A stretch of DNA of 64,000 nucleotides from Octopus vulgaris. Its lineage: Eukaryota. Positions within the stretch are counted from its first letter, which is position 1. Every line of letters begins with the position of its first letter. The notes under the pieces are model-generated. The model was not told where the DNA came from and made no database searches. It saw nothing but the letters and a program-made list of their open reading frames with translations. The stretch lies in NCBI GenBank assembly GCA_951406725.2, contig OX597814.1:142662001-142726000 (forward strand). Reading direction: 5' to 3'. Positions 25,380 to 38,170 of this stretch are shown in pieces. The translations under genes were made by a program, and so were the position numbers.

Positions 25380-26395
25380 AAAAAGGCACTAATCATGGTG
25401 CCACATATAAAAGCACTTGTGATGGTGCCATGTAAAAAGCACTGGTGGATATCTTTTCTACCCTACACACAAGACCTGAAAGTTTTGGGGAGGGGGCCAG
25501 TCGATTAGATCGACCCCTGTATGCAACTGGTCTCAGAACATAAAGACAGACGAAATACCTATTTCTTTACTACCCACAAGGGGCTAAACATAGAGTGGAC
25601 AAACAAGAACAGACAAAGGGATTATGTCGATTACATCGACCCCAGTGCGTAACTGGTACTTAATTTATCAACCCCGAAAAGATGAAAGGCAAAGTCGACC
25701 TTGGCGGAATTTGAACTCACAACGTAAGGGCAGACGAAATACCGCTAAGCATTTCACCTGGTGTGCTAACGTTTCTACTAGCTCGTCATCTTGAAGCACT
25801 GGTGATAATGCCACATAAAAGGTACTGGTGACAGTGCCATGTAAAAAGCACTGGTGCTGGTGCCACAAAAAAAGCACTGGTGACTGTGCCACATAAAAAA
25901 ACACTGGTGCTGGTGCTACATAAAAAGCATAAGTGCTGGTATCATATGAAAAGGTAGTTATAGTGCCACATAAAAAGTGATGGTGATGATGCCATGTACA
26001 AAGCACTGATGATGGTTCCACATGAAAAAGAATTGGTGTTGCTGCCACATAAAAAAGCACTTAGTGGTGAAGTCACATAAAATGTACAGGTGATGGTGGT
26101 GCATAAAAAATGCTAATGCTGGTGCCATATAAAAAGCACTGGTGATAATCTTTTCTACTCTAGGCACAAGGCTCGAAAGTTTTGGGGTGGGGGCCAGTCG
26201 ATTAGATCGACCCCAGTGCGCAACTGGTCTCAGAACATAAAGACAGACACATAAAAAACACTGGTGCTAGTTCCACATAAAATGCACTGGTTCTGGTGCC
26301 ATGTAAAAAGCATTGGTGTTGCTTCCACATAAAAAGCATCTGGTGGTGATGTCACATAAAAAGCACTGGTGATGGTGCCCTGTAAAAAGTACCCA
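25380..26395 (+). repeat. Expanded ~26-27-bp minisatellite (GCACTGGTGNTGGTGCCACATAAAAA) inside a family A element, interrupted by family D SINE pieces
   Basis: About 20 degenerate units are visible, leading into the family A core at ~26400. Confidence 0.85.
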
Positions 26396-27295
26396 ATACA
26401 CTCTATAAAGTGGTTGGCATTAGGAAGGGTATCCAGGTGTAGAAACCAAGCCAAGAAAGACTATGGAACTTGGTGTGGCCGCTGGCCATGCTAGCTCCTG
26501 TCAAGCTATCCACTCCATGCCAGCATGGAAAACAGGTGTTAAATGATTATGATGATGATGAATACAATCGTGATATGAGGCATCTGGATTTCATGTTAAT
26601 GATGCTTGTATGTAAATGTCAAGTAGTGAAATCTGGTATCATAGTAGTGAAATACATATCAAAAATTCAAAAATTTAAAATAAAAATTCAACTCATTTAA
26701 ATACATTTTTTGGTCATATTACAAAATAGAAATAGCTATGTTCATTTTAATGAATAAATTATAAGATGTAAAATACAGCTAGAAACTAGACAATTCTTTT
26801 AGAAATATGTATAATTTATTTTTATATACTTGAAACATAACATTATTTGTTGAATATTATAGAAAATAATGCAAAAAATTCCTTTATTGTGCTTAATATT
26901 GATATGTGCTATGGCTAAGTGGATTAAATATTGGATGACGTCTTTTTGATATTATCAATATCATTGTTATAGTATTAGATAGAAGCGAAATATAATATTT
27001 CTTTCTGAGGCTCAGATGCAGACTTATTAGTGTCGTTGAGAAGTTTGCAGCTTAACTATGTGGTTTGGGGTTTAGTTACTCTGTGTGGAACCTTGGGCCA
27101 GTGTTATTGACAATAGCCCCAGATGACCAAGGCCCTGTGAATGGGTTTGGTAGACAGAAGCTGAAAGAAGCCCATGGCACACACACGCACACATGCTCAC
27201 ATGCATGCACTCACACGCGCATGCACGCAAACGTGCACTTACACACACACATACAGATACATGTACACCCACACACAAGTGCACTTATATATATG

Positions 27296-27326
<31 letters not shown>

Positions 27327-27769
27327 ATGTACATGTATGTATGTATGTATGCACACACACACACAGACACACACACACACATACACACACACACACACAC
27401 ACATATACTGGGGACCAATACTTCTGCCAGTTTGCTGTGCTTGAGAAGACACGTCAGTCTAAGTAAATATTTGGTAATCCTTGCATACAGGCATCTCCCC
27501 AGCATCTCCCTTCAGCTGACTGTTCCTGCCAGTGTCATGTGAAGAGCACCTGTGCCAGTACCATATAAAAGCAACCTTGTTGTTGCTGCATATAAGCAAC
27601 TGATACACTCTGTAAAATGGTTGGCATTAGGAAGAGCATCCAGCCATGGACATCAAGCCAGCATGGAAAACAAACATTAAATGAGGATAAGGATAATGAT
27701 GATGTATATGTTCCATGAGCCTATATATATACATATACATATATATACATACATATATATATGTATGTC

Positions 27770-27805
<36 letters not shown>

Positions 27806-28044
27806 TATATATTTATAGATATTCTTTTATTCTTCTATTTGTTTCAGTCATGTGACTGCAGCCATGCTGGAGCACTGCCTTTAGCCGAACAAATCAGCCA
27901 CAGGACTTATTCTTTGTAAGCCTAGTACTTATTTTATCGGCCTCTTTCATCAAACTGTTAAGTTGCAGGGGACATAAACACACCAACACCGGTTGTGAAC
28001 AATGGTGGAGGGACAAACACAGACACACAAACATATACATGCAT

Positions 28045-28077
<33 letters not shown>

Positions 28078-30104
28078 CATATATATATATAGAAAACTAA
28101 GTTATTTTATTCCACACAGGTAGAAATATAGAAAAAGTAGAAGTTGTAAATGCACTGAGAATTGTTAAAATGTTTTTTTATTATATTTAAAGATTCAGCT
28201 GGTTTTGCAGTTTTCACTGATTTTCAAATAGTTGAAATAGAAAGATGTGGCTTATTTCACAACTGTCTTGCTTCTAACTAGTGTTTGAAGCTTGCTCTAT
28301 TTTTATAGGGAGTTCATAGCTCAATTTTAGTATATATTTTGGATAGGACTTAACTGATAGAGGATAGTATCATCCAACCAGTGCAAGCATGGAAAAATAG
28401 ACATTAAAATGATGATGGTGATGATGGTGATGATGGTGATGATGATGATGATAAATCTTATGTGGTCTTGCTAAAGAGAGCCAATATTCCTGTACTCTAC
28501 ATATCCTCTTTAATTCCAAGTCTTCGTTGTTCAACAGTTAACACTGTGAGCTTCCCTCCATCCAATTTCTGCCTAAACCTCTTTATTTTCAACAAGTTTT
28601 CTCTTAACTCTAATAGTAAGCTACATAGCAGGTTTTATGAAGCTACTTCAAGAGCATGGTTTTTAAATCTTTGATACACTTACTGAAAAATTACTCCAAA
28701 GAATACAGCATACTGAAAGTTCTGGTTTCAAATTGAAGCATTTAATTACAGACCGTTGTAAGCGCCACAACTTAAAAACTAAGAAAAATACAGTCAAAGT
28801 TTTGCAACTTTCAGAATGAGATATCTCGCCAAGGAATGAAGTTAGGAAACTGGTTTTGGTATTAAAATGACTGATAAGACCTCCCCTAATCATTCCACTG
28901 TGTGAAATTATTTATTTATGTATGCATCTGAAGGATGAAACAACGACTGTGTCTTTCTCATTTTGTAGAATATACCGGTTCTATGAAACAGTGTATTGCA
29001 TTGCATATTTTAGCCCTAATACCTAGAAAAAACATACAGAGATTCCCCAAAGCTATTGTTTGTGTTTTAATATACTAAAGTAAGTACCTTTAAGTGGTAA
29101 GTAAGACAAGATAATAAGATAATAGCCCACAATGGTAACGAGGATTATTAGAAAATGAACCATAACACCTCAGAAAATGATACAGGGATCATACCAAAGG
29201 TATTGATTCAGCATGTTTGCTTATGATGGTGTGTTACTAAACTCACTGGTCCAAGTTTGGGTGAGTGAGCATCATGTCAATAGCATTGAGGTACAATTTT
29301 TTGCAACCATATTTTCGACCTTATTGCAAGCCTCACCAGTTGTTCCACCCAACTTTTGCAGATTCTAGATGTTGAGACAGAGAAAATGATATACTAACGT
29401 CAAAAATGGATGGGGTGGCGCTTACGACACTCCATTACTAAATGCCTCAATGAACTTAAGTCAAGGTTATTTTGTGGATGCTCTTAGGTTTTTGTGCCCT
29501 TTTGCCCTTTATCTGAGAACATTAGACCTTACTCTGTTAAATATTCAAATTATCATCATTTATCATCCCTTTTCCGATGCTGGAATGGGTTGGTTGGTTT
29601 GACAGGAACTGATAAGCCAGAGGACTGTGCCAAGCGCCAATGTCTGTTTTTGCATGATTTCTATAGTTGGTTGCCTTTCCTAATGCCAACCATTTTACAG
29701 AGTGTGCTGGGTGCTTTTACATGGCACCAGCACCAGTGAGGTCACCAAGTAACTTGCAAGGCAAGATCCCTAAGTGAGGACATGAAAGTAGGATAGAAGG
29801 GAAGAAATTGGTGTCTTGTTGAAGAGCTGAATATATAGCTTTCCTAGCTGGAAATAGAGAGAAAGAGAGAGGGAGGGAGGGAGGTGGGGTCATGATGGGA
29901 GCATGCCCTCAATGTACAAAGATGAATGTGAGAGAGGGAACAGGAACAGAGAAACAGATACGATGGGTGGGTAGATAAGTGAATAGATAGTTGGACTAGA
30001 GTGTGAAAAGAATGTGACAGATGATTGCGGATGGGGACAATTGAGGTGGACGCAGTGAATATCAGTTTGGTGGGAGACGAAGTGAAAGAAACAGGAGTGT
30101 GTTA

Positions 30105-30920
30105 TGGAGAAGGGGAGGGGGAAGAAGAGGAGGAGGAAGCGAAGGTGAGGAGAAAGCAAGGGTGGAGGAGACAGAGGAGGGAAAGGCAGAGGCAGAAGTG
30201 GAAAGGAAGAAGAGAAGGTAGAGGAGGAGGGAAGATGAAGAGGAGGAGGATGGGAGAAAGAGGAGGAGGGAGAAAGAGGAAGAGGAGAAGGGGAAAAGAG
30301 GAAGTGGAGGAGGTGAAGAGGAAAGAAGGTGGAGGGTGGTGTGAGGAAAGATGAAGAGGAGGAGGAGAAAAGTGGAAGTGGAGAAAAGAGGCGAGGAAGA
30401 GGAAGAGAAGGATGGGGAGATGAAGAGGAGGCGTGGGAGGGGAAGAAGGAGGAGGGGAAAGAAAGGCGGCAGAGAGAGAGGAGGAGGGGTGAAAGGAGGT
30501 AATGGGGGGAAGTGGAGGAGGAGGTAGAGGGGGAGAGGAAGAGGAGAAGGTGGAGGGTGGTGTGAGGAAAGATGAAGAGGAGGAGGAGAAAAGTGGAAGT
30601 GGAGGAAAGAGGCAGGGAAGAGGAAGAGAAGGATGGGGAGAGGAAGAGGAGGCGGGGGAGGAGAAGAAGGAGGAGGGAAGGAAAGGAGGCAGAAAGGGAG
30701 GAGGAGGGGTGAAAGGAGGTAAAGGGGGAAGAGGAAGAGGAGGTAGAGGGGGCGAGGAAGAGGAGAAGGAGGAGGAGGAAGAGGAGAAGGGGAAGAAGAA
30801 GGGGAGAAGCGGAAGAGTAAAGGAGGTAGCGGAGGAGGATGAAAATGAAAAGAGGAAAGAAGAAAGAGGAGAAGGGGAAGAAGAAAAAAAAGGAGGAAGT
30901 GGAGGCAGAAGAGGAGGAGG
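30105..30920 (+). repeat. Polypurine (GGA/GAA) low-complexity tract with an internal ~221-bp tandem duplication
   Basis: Almost pure A/G. GAAGGTGGAGGGTGGTGTGAGGAAAGATGAAG occurs at both 30325 and 30546. Confidence 0.9.
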
Positions 30921-31814
30921 TTGTGGTAATAATGTCTGTCGTTACTATTGTGATAGCATAGCTCTGACTTTTGTTTGTGTTTCATGTAATACTGTTGGTA
31001 TGGCAAGTTGTCTGCTGTGATACAGGCTGCTGGTGGCATGTTGATATTATTTTTAGAAGCCTCAGCTTCATCAATTGTGAGTTTTCTCTTTTAGACTGAG
31101 TTTGTTCAGCTGACTGAGAATATGCTATGTGAAGCAGTCATCCGGAATAGCAGGTGTATTTCATGATCGTTTCGACTTACTCTTTATACAGTAGATGTTG
31201 ATTCTTCTTTTCAGCAACTAGAATGTTTGCAATTTCACACAGAACTTAAACCTCTTGTGTAATTCTGTTAAAATATTCAGTTTGTATTCTGTCCATATTT
31301 CTTTACAGTAACACTCAGAATCTGCTTGGTGAGAACTGTCTACCCCATTTGTCCTCTGTGTAGTGGATATATCAGAACTACCTTAGGTTCAATTATGTTA
31401 TATTCATTATTGATCTCCGTGGATTTGTCAGTATTTCTATGAAGGCAGAACAATTAATGAGTTAATGCTAATGCTAATTTCTACAAAAGGTGACTAAAAC
31501 ATAATTGTTCATAGAGTTTAACACCTGAGGTATCCATTAGCATCAAACACAAGGAGCTTTCTATGGAAGTCAGGTTCTATTGATTACCTTGTTAGTTTGA
31601 AATTCACTGAGTTGTCTAAACCCTGTGCTTGCCTATTAACACCTGTGATGGAGATAATTTATTTCATTGTTTCCTTTATTAATTGTCTTCAACACCTAGA
31701 TGTCACCCTTAACAAGATTGTTGCTGTCACAGATAGCATGCAAAACATCACAATATTTTTCTAGTGGATTATTGAGAAAATAATGATCAATTTTAAATTC
31801 TGATTTTATATTTC

Positions 31815-32375
31815 TCCTCATCATCCTTCTATTTCTTGTCCTCCTCCTCGTCCACTTATTCTTCTACCTCCTTGTCTACCTCCTCCTTGTCTACCTCCTC
31901 CTTGTCTACCTCCTCCTTGTCTACCTCCTCCTTGTCCTTCTCTTCTACCTTCTCCCCATCCTCCTCTTCTACTTCCTCCTCATCCACCTCTTCTACCTTC
32001 TCCTCTTCTTCTACCTCCTCCTCCTCCTCTGCTTTTTCTACCTCCTCCACCTTCTCCTCTTCTTCTACTTCCTCCACCTCCCCTTCTTCTACCTCCTCCA
32101 CCTCCTCCACCTTCTCTTCTACCTCCTCCACCTTCTCCTCTTCTTATACCTCTTCCCCTTCTTCTTCTACCCCCACCTCTTCTTCTGCCTCCTCTTCTTC
32201 TTCCTTCTCTTTTTCTATCCCCTCCCACTCTTCTTCTACCTCCTCCTCTACTTCTACCTCCTCCCTTCTCCTGCCTCCTCCTCCTCTACTTCTACCTCTT
32301 CATCATCCTCCTCTTCATCATTGTCATTGTTGTTGTCCATGTCATTGTCATCGTCCCCCCTCCTCTCCCTCCTCC
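31815..32375 (+). repeat. Polypyrimidine (TCC/TCT) low-complexity tract
   Basis: Almost pure C/T, including a 15-bp unit TCTACCTCCTCCTTG repeated about 5 times. Confidence 0.9.
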
Positions 32376-33319
32376 CCATCATCACCATTTTTCATGCTAG
32401 CATGGGTTAGACCGTTTGACAGGTGCTGGCAAGTCAGAGGGCTGCACCATGCTATAGTCATATGTTTTGACATGGTTTCTATGACAGGAGGCCCTTCCTA
32501 ATGCCAACCACTTTGAAGAGTGTGCTGAGTGCTTGTTACATGGTATCAGCATCGATGATTTTTTACTTGGTGTCAGTATGGGTCCCTTTTTCATAGCACT
32601 GGCACAGGTGCTCTTTACATGACTCATGGAAATAATATATAGATTAGGTCTACCTCAACTTAAATGGAAGAAGCATGACCTTCGAACATTGGGCCTCACA
32701 AAGGCAATGACAAGAGACCGAGACCTTTGGAGATATACTGTGATTGAGAAGACCTGGCAACTAAAGTGAGATCGCAGCCATGGTCTATGCCAGTGTTGCA
32801 TGTCCAGCCCATTTAAAAGTACCCGTGATGCATCAGCTGATATGATATGCTTGAGAAGGCCTGTTGAGTCAAGTAAAACCCAAATCGTAGCTGTGGCCAG
32901 TGCCTCCTGACTGGCTCCCGTTCCAGTGGCACGTAAAATGCACCATCCAAACATGGTCGATGCCAGTGCTCCCTGACTGGTTCCCATGCCAGTGGCATGT
33001 AAAAAGCACCATCCGAAAGTGGCTGATGCCAGTGCTGCCTACAGGTTCCCGTGCTGGTGGCACATAAAAAGCACTATCTGAATGCGAGCGATGCCAGAGT
33101 CACCTGACTGGTTCCTGTGCCAGTGGCATGTAAAAAGCACCCACTACACTCTCGGAGTGGTTGGCGTTAGGAAGACCATCCAGCTGTAGAAATATTGCCA
33201 GATCAGATTGGTGTCTGGTGCAGCTGCTGGCTTTCCAGACCTCAGTGAAACCATCCAACCCATGCATGAAAAATAGAAGTTAAACAATGATGATAATGAT
33301 GATGACGATGATGTATGCT

Positions 33320-33545
33320 TTAACTTAAATGGAAATAATATATAGGGATGCCTCAAATGGAAATAATATATCGGTATACCTCAACTTGAATGGAAATAAT
33401 ACATAAGTATACTTCAACTTGAATGGAAATAATACACCTTAACTTAAATGGAAATAATATATAGGTATACCTCAATTTGAATGGAAATGATATATAGATA
33501 TACCTCAACTTAAATGAAAATAATACATAAGTGTACCTCAGCTTC
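33320..33545 (+). repeat. ~38-bp minisatellite (CTTAAATGGAAATAATATATAGGTATACCTCAA), about 6 units
   Basis: Tandem units are visible. Detached units occur at ~32627-32670, ~33920-33948 and ~34173-34197. Confidence 0.85.
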
Positions 33546-33920
33546 ACTTCCGTGGGATATCACCTTAACATCGGTTCGGGGTGTTTGTGTGCTTTAATGA
33601 CCTGAAGAGCTATGCTGTCCAGAGTCTTATATTCCTGGTAGGGTCACCCAAGGCAGTAAGATTGGCAGGCAGAAGTCAGACAAAGAACAGTCCACTCATC
33701 TTTCATGTTGGGGGTTGAGCAATGGATGAACAACCCATTCTCATAAAAAAAGCACTTATTACAGAAACCAGAAGCACTCAAAGAGAAAGTTCATACCGCA
33801 CGAAACCAGACTTTGAAACATCATGGAATGTGGCAAAAAAAACTTAAAAAACCAAGGGATAAATAGAAAACAAGTGTGGAGGCCTAATGTGCCAGCTGGT
33901 ATGAAGAGGATAGATAGATA
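33545..33920 (+). mobile_element. Bipartite non-autonomous RTE-LINE derivative (5' UTR joined to 3' end)
   Basis: The 5' part (CACCTT...GGGGTGTTTGTGTGCTTTAATGACC...GAGCTATGCTG...CCTGGTAGGGTCACCCAAGGC) resembles remembered RTE/Expander 5' UTRs. The 3' part (GTGGAGGCCTAATGTGCC...ATGAAGAGGA(TAGA)n) resembles RTE 3' ends. Confidence 0.6.
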
Positions 33921-34653
33921 CTTCAACGTAAATGGAAATAATATATAGCAGCGAACTAGCAGAATCATTTGCACGCTAGGCGAAATGCCTTGCAGTATTT
34001 CATCTGCCACTAGGTTCTGAGTTCAAATTCTGCTGAGGTTGACTTTGCCTTTCATCCTTTTGGGGTCGATTAAATAAGTACCAGTTACACACTGGGGTCA
34101 ATGTAATCGACTTAATCTCTTTGTCTGTCCTTGTTTGTCCCCTCTATGTTTAACCCCTTGTGGACAATAGAGAAATATATATAGGTATACCTCAACATAA
34201 ACCATTTCAAGTTATATATTTTTTGATAGAGAGCATAACCCTCAACTTCAGTCAATTTATCTGACTTTACATTGGACTCAGCAAATATATTTAAAAATTC
34301 CTTTCTTCCTGAGACTCAAATATAGACTCATAGGGCTGGTTTCCCAGTTTCCATGGAATATATATTCCCCACCTGACGGGGTGCTGGTCTGTCACATGAT
34401 TGCCCATTTTTGCCTGCTGAGTGGACTGGAGCAACGTGAAATGAAGTGTTTTGCTCAAGAACACAACACATTGCCCGGTCCAAGAATCGAAACCACAATC
34501 TTACAATCATGAGTTGAATACCCTAAACACTAAACCACATGACTCCACCAACACATTTAAAAACATAACACCTAAAACTAATATTCAAGTGCAAAATCAA
34601 ATAAAATATATTAAAATGTGTACAAACCATTTATTGAAACAGATATAAACTAA

Positions 34654-35453
34654 TCTATATATATAAAGATGAGAATGTGTGTGTGTCTGTCTGTAGGTCG
34701 TTCTGTCTGTGTGAATCTCTAAAACTTGAGAACTACACAACCAATTTCATTCAAATTTTACACATGCCTTAATTAGAGTCCATATAGTGTCATAGGCCAA
34801 AAAGATTTTAACTTTTTGCCTAGTGCGAGCCCACAGCAATATCATATCTTCTCCACTATTTCAGTATTACGTGTCAAAAGTGAAACAATAAACATCTCTC
34901 TATTGTAATGTCAGATATTTTCACTTTAATACTGAAACTATTAAAGTGAAACTATTATCTCACATATATACAGGCATACATACATATATAATATATATAT
35001 TATGTGTGTATATATATATATATATGTATACATCTGCCCAAATGTATATATATATAGATATATATATATACATGTATATATGTATATACATATAAGAGGG
35101 ATGACCTGTAAGTGGACATCCATTATGCTAGAAGAAGATCCGCTATGGCCTTACCACTAACAAAGGAATGGTAAGACCATAGCAGATCTTTTTAGAGCTC
35201 CATGACCTCCATTTTTCAGGAGCAAAATCCTTTTAACAGGTTCCATAAGACTGGAATTTTGGAATCTGCGCATAAAGTTCAGTAGTATGGGATATATGTG
35301 TCATGATTAGAATTTTTGTAGGGTGTGTAGAGAGGGAAAGAACCCTCATCTGCAATTTTGAGGAAATTCAAAACATAGGTATTCCAGTTCATTATAGAAA
35401 AGTCTAAATCTTCAATTGCATGTAATACAGGAAATGCCTGGTATCTCTGCTAA
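34654..35453 (+). mobile_element. Non-autonomous Helitron-like element
   Basis: 5' end A|TCTATATATATAAAG followed by a (GTCT)/(GT) tract. Subterminal hairpin CAGG-AAATG-CCTG and a CTAA|T 3' end. No TSD. Confidence 0.6.
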
Positions 35454-38170
35454 TAAATATATATTCTTTTGTACTCTAGGCGCAAGGCCTGAAATTTGGG
35501 GGAAGGGGCCAGTCAATTATTCGACCCCAGTATGCAATTGGTACTTAATTTATTGACCTTGAAAGGATGAAAGGCAAAGTCTACCTTGGTGGAATTTGAA
35601 CTCAGAACGTAAAGACAGACGAAATACCGCTAAGCATTTCACCCAGTGTACTACAGTTCCTGCCAGCTCCCTGCCATTCTAATAAATATATATTGGCAAT
35701 AGATGTGGTATTAACAAACATGCATGCACACTGCACCAAAAGCCTACGTGAGAGTTTTTCTCATGGTAAATACCTCAGTAAAGTTTGTTTTAGCAGAACA
35801 TCCATGTTTAAGTGGGAATAAATATTACCTCTCAAGCTAATATATATTTTTTTAGTGATTTTTCATATGTTGTTTTTTGAGTTGAGTCACATGTCTTGGA
35901 ACTAATTATCGACATAATTTGAGGTTTAATTAAAAAAAATATAACCATCAAATCATCATCATTGTCATAATTTTTGCATTTGCTTGTCTATTGTGACTTG
36001 GGTTGGACAGGTTGTCCCCGATAAATCTGAATGAAGCAGTTTTAATTGAGTCAGTACCTTCCTAGATGGATCAGAGACAATGTCTCATTTATACACCAAA
36101 CGAGTTTCTCTTTAAATTACAAGCTATGAACTGGTACAATGTTTAAAAACAAAGAACATAGTACCAGTTTGTGGAGTTGATATTGGCAACAAGCTAAGGT
36201 GTTGAGCTGGCAGAATTGTTAGCACAGTGGAAAAAATGCTTAGCAGTATTTCATCCATGCACACATTCTGAGTGCAAATTCCACTAAGGCTGACTTTGCC
36301 CTTCATCCTTTCAGAGTTGATAAATTAAATACCAGTGAAATACCGAGGTTGATGTAACTGACTAGTCCCTTCCCACAAAATTTCAGGCCTTGCATCTTTA
36401 GTAGAAAGGAAATTGGCAACAGGGACTTTCAATAACCAAACCTCCGTCCTTGTTCATCACACTATGCTTACCTTCAGCCTCATTTTTAATCATCTGCCAT
36501 TCTCCTTTTATAACGATAAACATCGCCCTTTTCAAGCTTAGCCAGGCTCATGGGCCTGGTTTTCAGGTTTCTGTGGCATGTGTGTTCCCCCCAGCTGGAC
36601 GGGACGCCAGTCAATCACAGCATTACTCAAGAAACAGGAAGAGAGAGTGAGAGAAAGCTGTGGCAAAAGAATACAACAGGAGTCGCCCCTACCCCCTGCC
36701 AGAGCCTCGTGGAGCTTTTAGGTGTTTTCACTCAATAAACACACACAACACTCAGTCTGGGAATTGAAACCGCAATCCTCCAATCATGAGTCCGCTGCCC
36801 TAACCACTGGGTCATTGCACCTCCATTCTCCTTTTATTCTATAATAAAATTAGTTGCCTTTTCGTTCCCCTGCAACCCCTTACAGTCATTGTCTTATACC
36901 TTGAGAGTACACCCTAGTACCCTGTCATCCCCAACATCTTTATCTTCCTTGCAGCTACTCTCCCCCCACCCTCATTTAATGCAGGGTAGCCATGTATCAC
37001 CTCCATAACAAGACATCTATGTTTGCCCTTCTGTCATACTTTACCTTCGACACCAGGCTTAAAGCCACCTTACCCTCAATTAAGGGATTTGTTTCCTTTG
37101 TCTTGCTAGTTACTTGGTGACCTTACTAGCGCCAGTGTCATGAGAAAAAGCACCCAGTGCAGAGTGTAAACTGGTTGGCATTAGGAAGGAAATCCAGTCA
37201 TAGAAACCATATCAAAACTGACAATGGATCTTGATGCAGTCCTACGACTCATTGGATCCTCTCAAAAGCACCATTCATATGAAAGCATGGAAAACAGATA
37301 TTAAAAGCTGATAATGATAATGATAATAATGATTGTGACATGAGGTGTGGCTATTATATCTAATTTGCATATTAAAACATTTTTAGACATTCACCAAAAA
37401 AATAAATAAAAAATAAAAATGTCCAAGTGTCAGAAGTTGCCTCTTTCTGGCTATCTTCTAATTATTCTTTTTTTCATTAGCTTTTGTGATTTCTTGAAAT
37501 TCTCTTAAATCTTCCTTTGTTGTTGGAGAAAGATTTAATTGTATTGATATCTTTCAGATCTGTATTGATCAACAAATTGTCTGATTTGAGAAAGTACTCT
37601 CAGATTTGGTGTATTAATCACATGCATTTAAGATTCTGGTTAGAGATAGGTGTAGGTGTGGTTGTTTGGTTAAGTAGTTTGCCTCCCAACCACATGGTTT
37701 CAGGTTCAGTCCTACTGTGTGACACCTTGGGTAAGTATCTTCTATTATAGCCCTGAGCCAATCAAAGCTTCGAGTTGATTTTACAGACAGAAACTGAAAG
37801 AAGTCTGTCATGTGTTTGTGTCTGTCTTGACATCAAAGGATTGTAGTAAATGAGAATCATACATTCCCAATGTTCTGCAAAATTATGTCTGGCCAAGGGG
37901 AAATATTACCTTGCTAGGAAACAAGTAAGTATTAGTGACATGAAGAGTTTCTGGTCATAGAAAATTTGCCTCATTAATCTCTGTCCAACTGATGAAAACA
38001 TGGAAAAGTGGACATTAAAATGGTGACAATGATATTTGTAGCAAATTGTTTTATTGAAATTTATGTAGATACAAAGCATGCACTGAAGGTGAACTTACAA
38101 TTTATCATGGTAGCTCAGCTCAGTTCTGATCTAGCAGGTGTATGATGTAAGACAATTGAAGCTATGACCA

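Noticed and set aside
28600-29480. TE-poor segment with short coding-like frames (IFDTLTEKLLQRIQHTESSGFKLKHL...)
   Set aside because: There are frequent stops, no consistent splice phases and no recognisable homology.
30025-32501. Glu/Gly/Arg-, Pro/Leu- and Ser-rich ORFs of 100-325 aa
   Set aside because: They are by-products of the GA and CT low-complexity tracts, with no domain or splice support.
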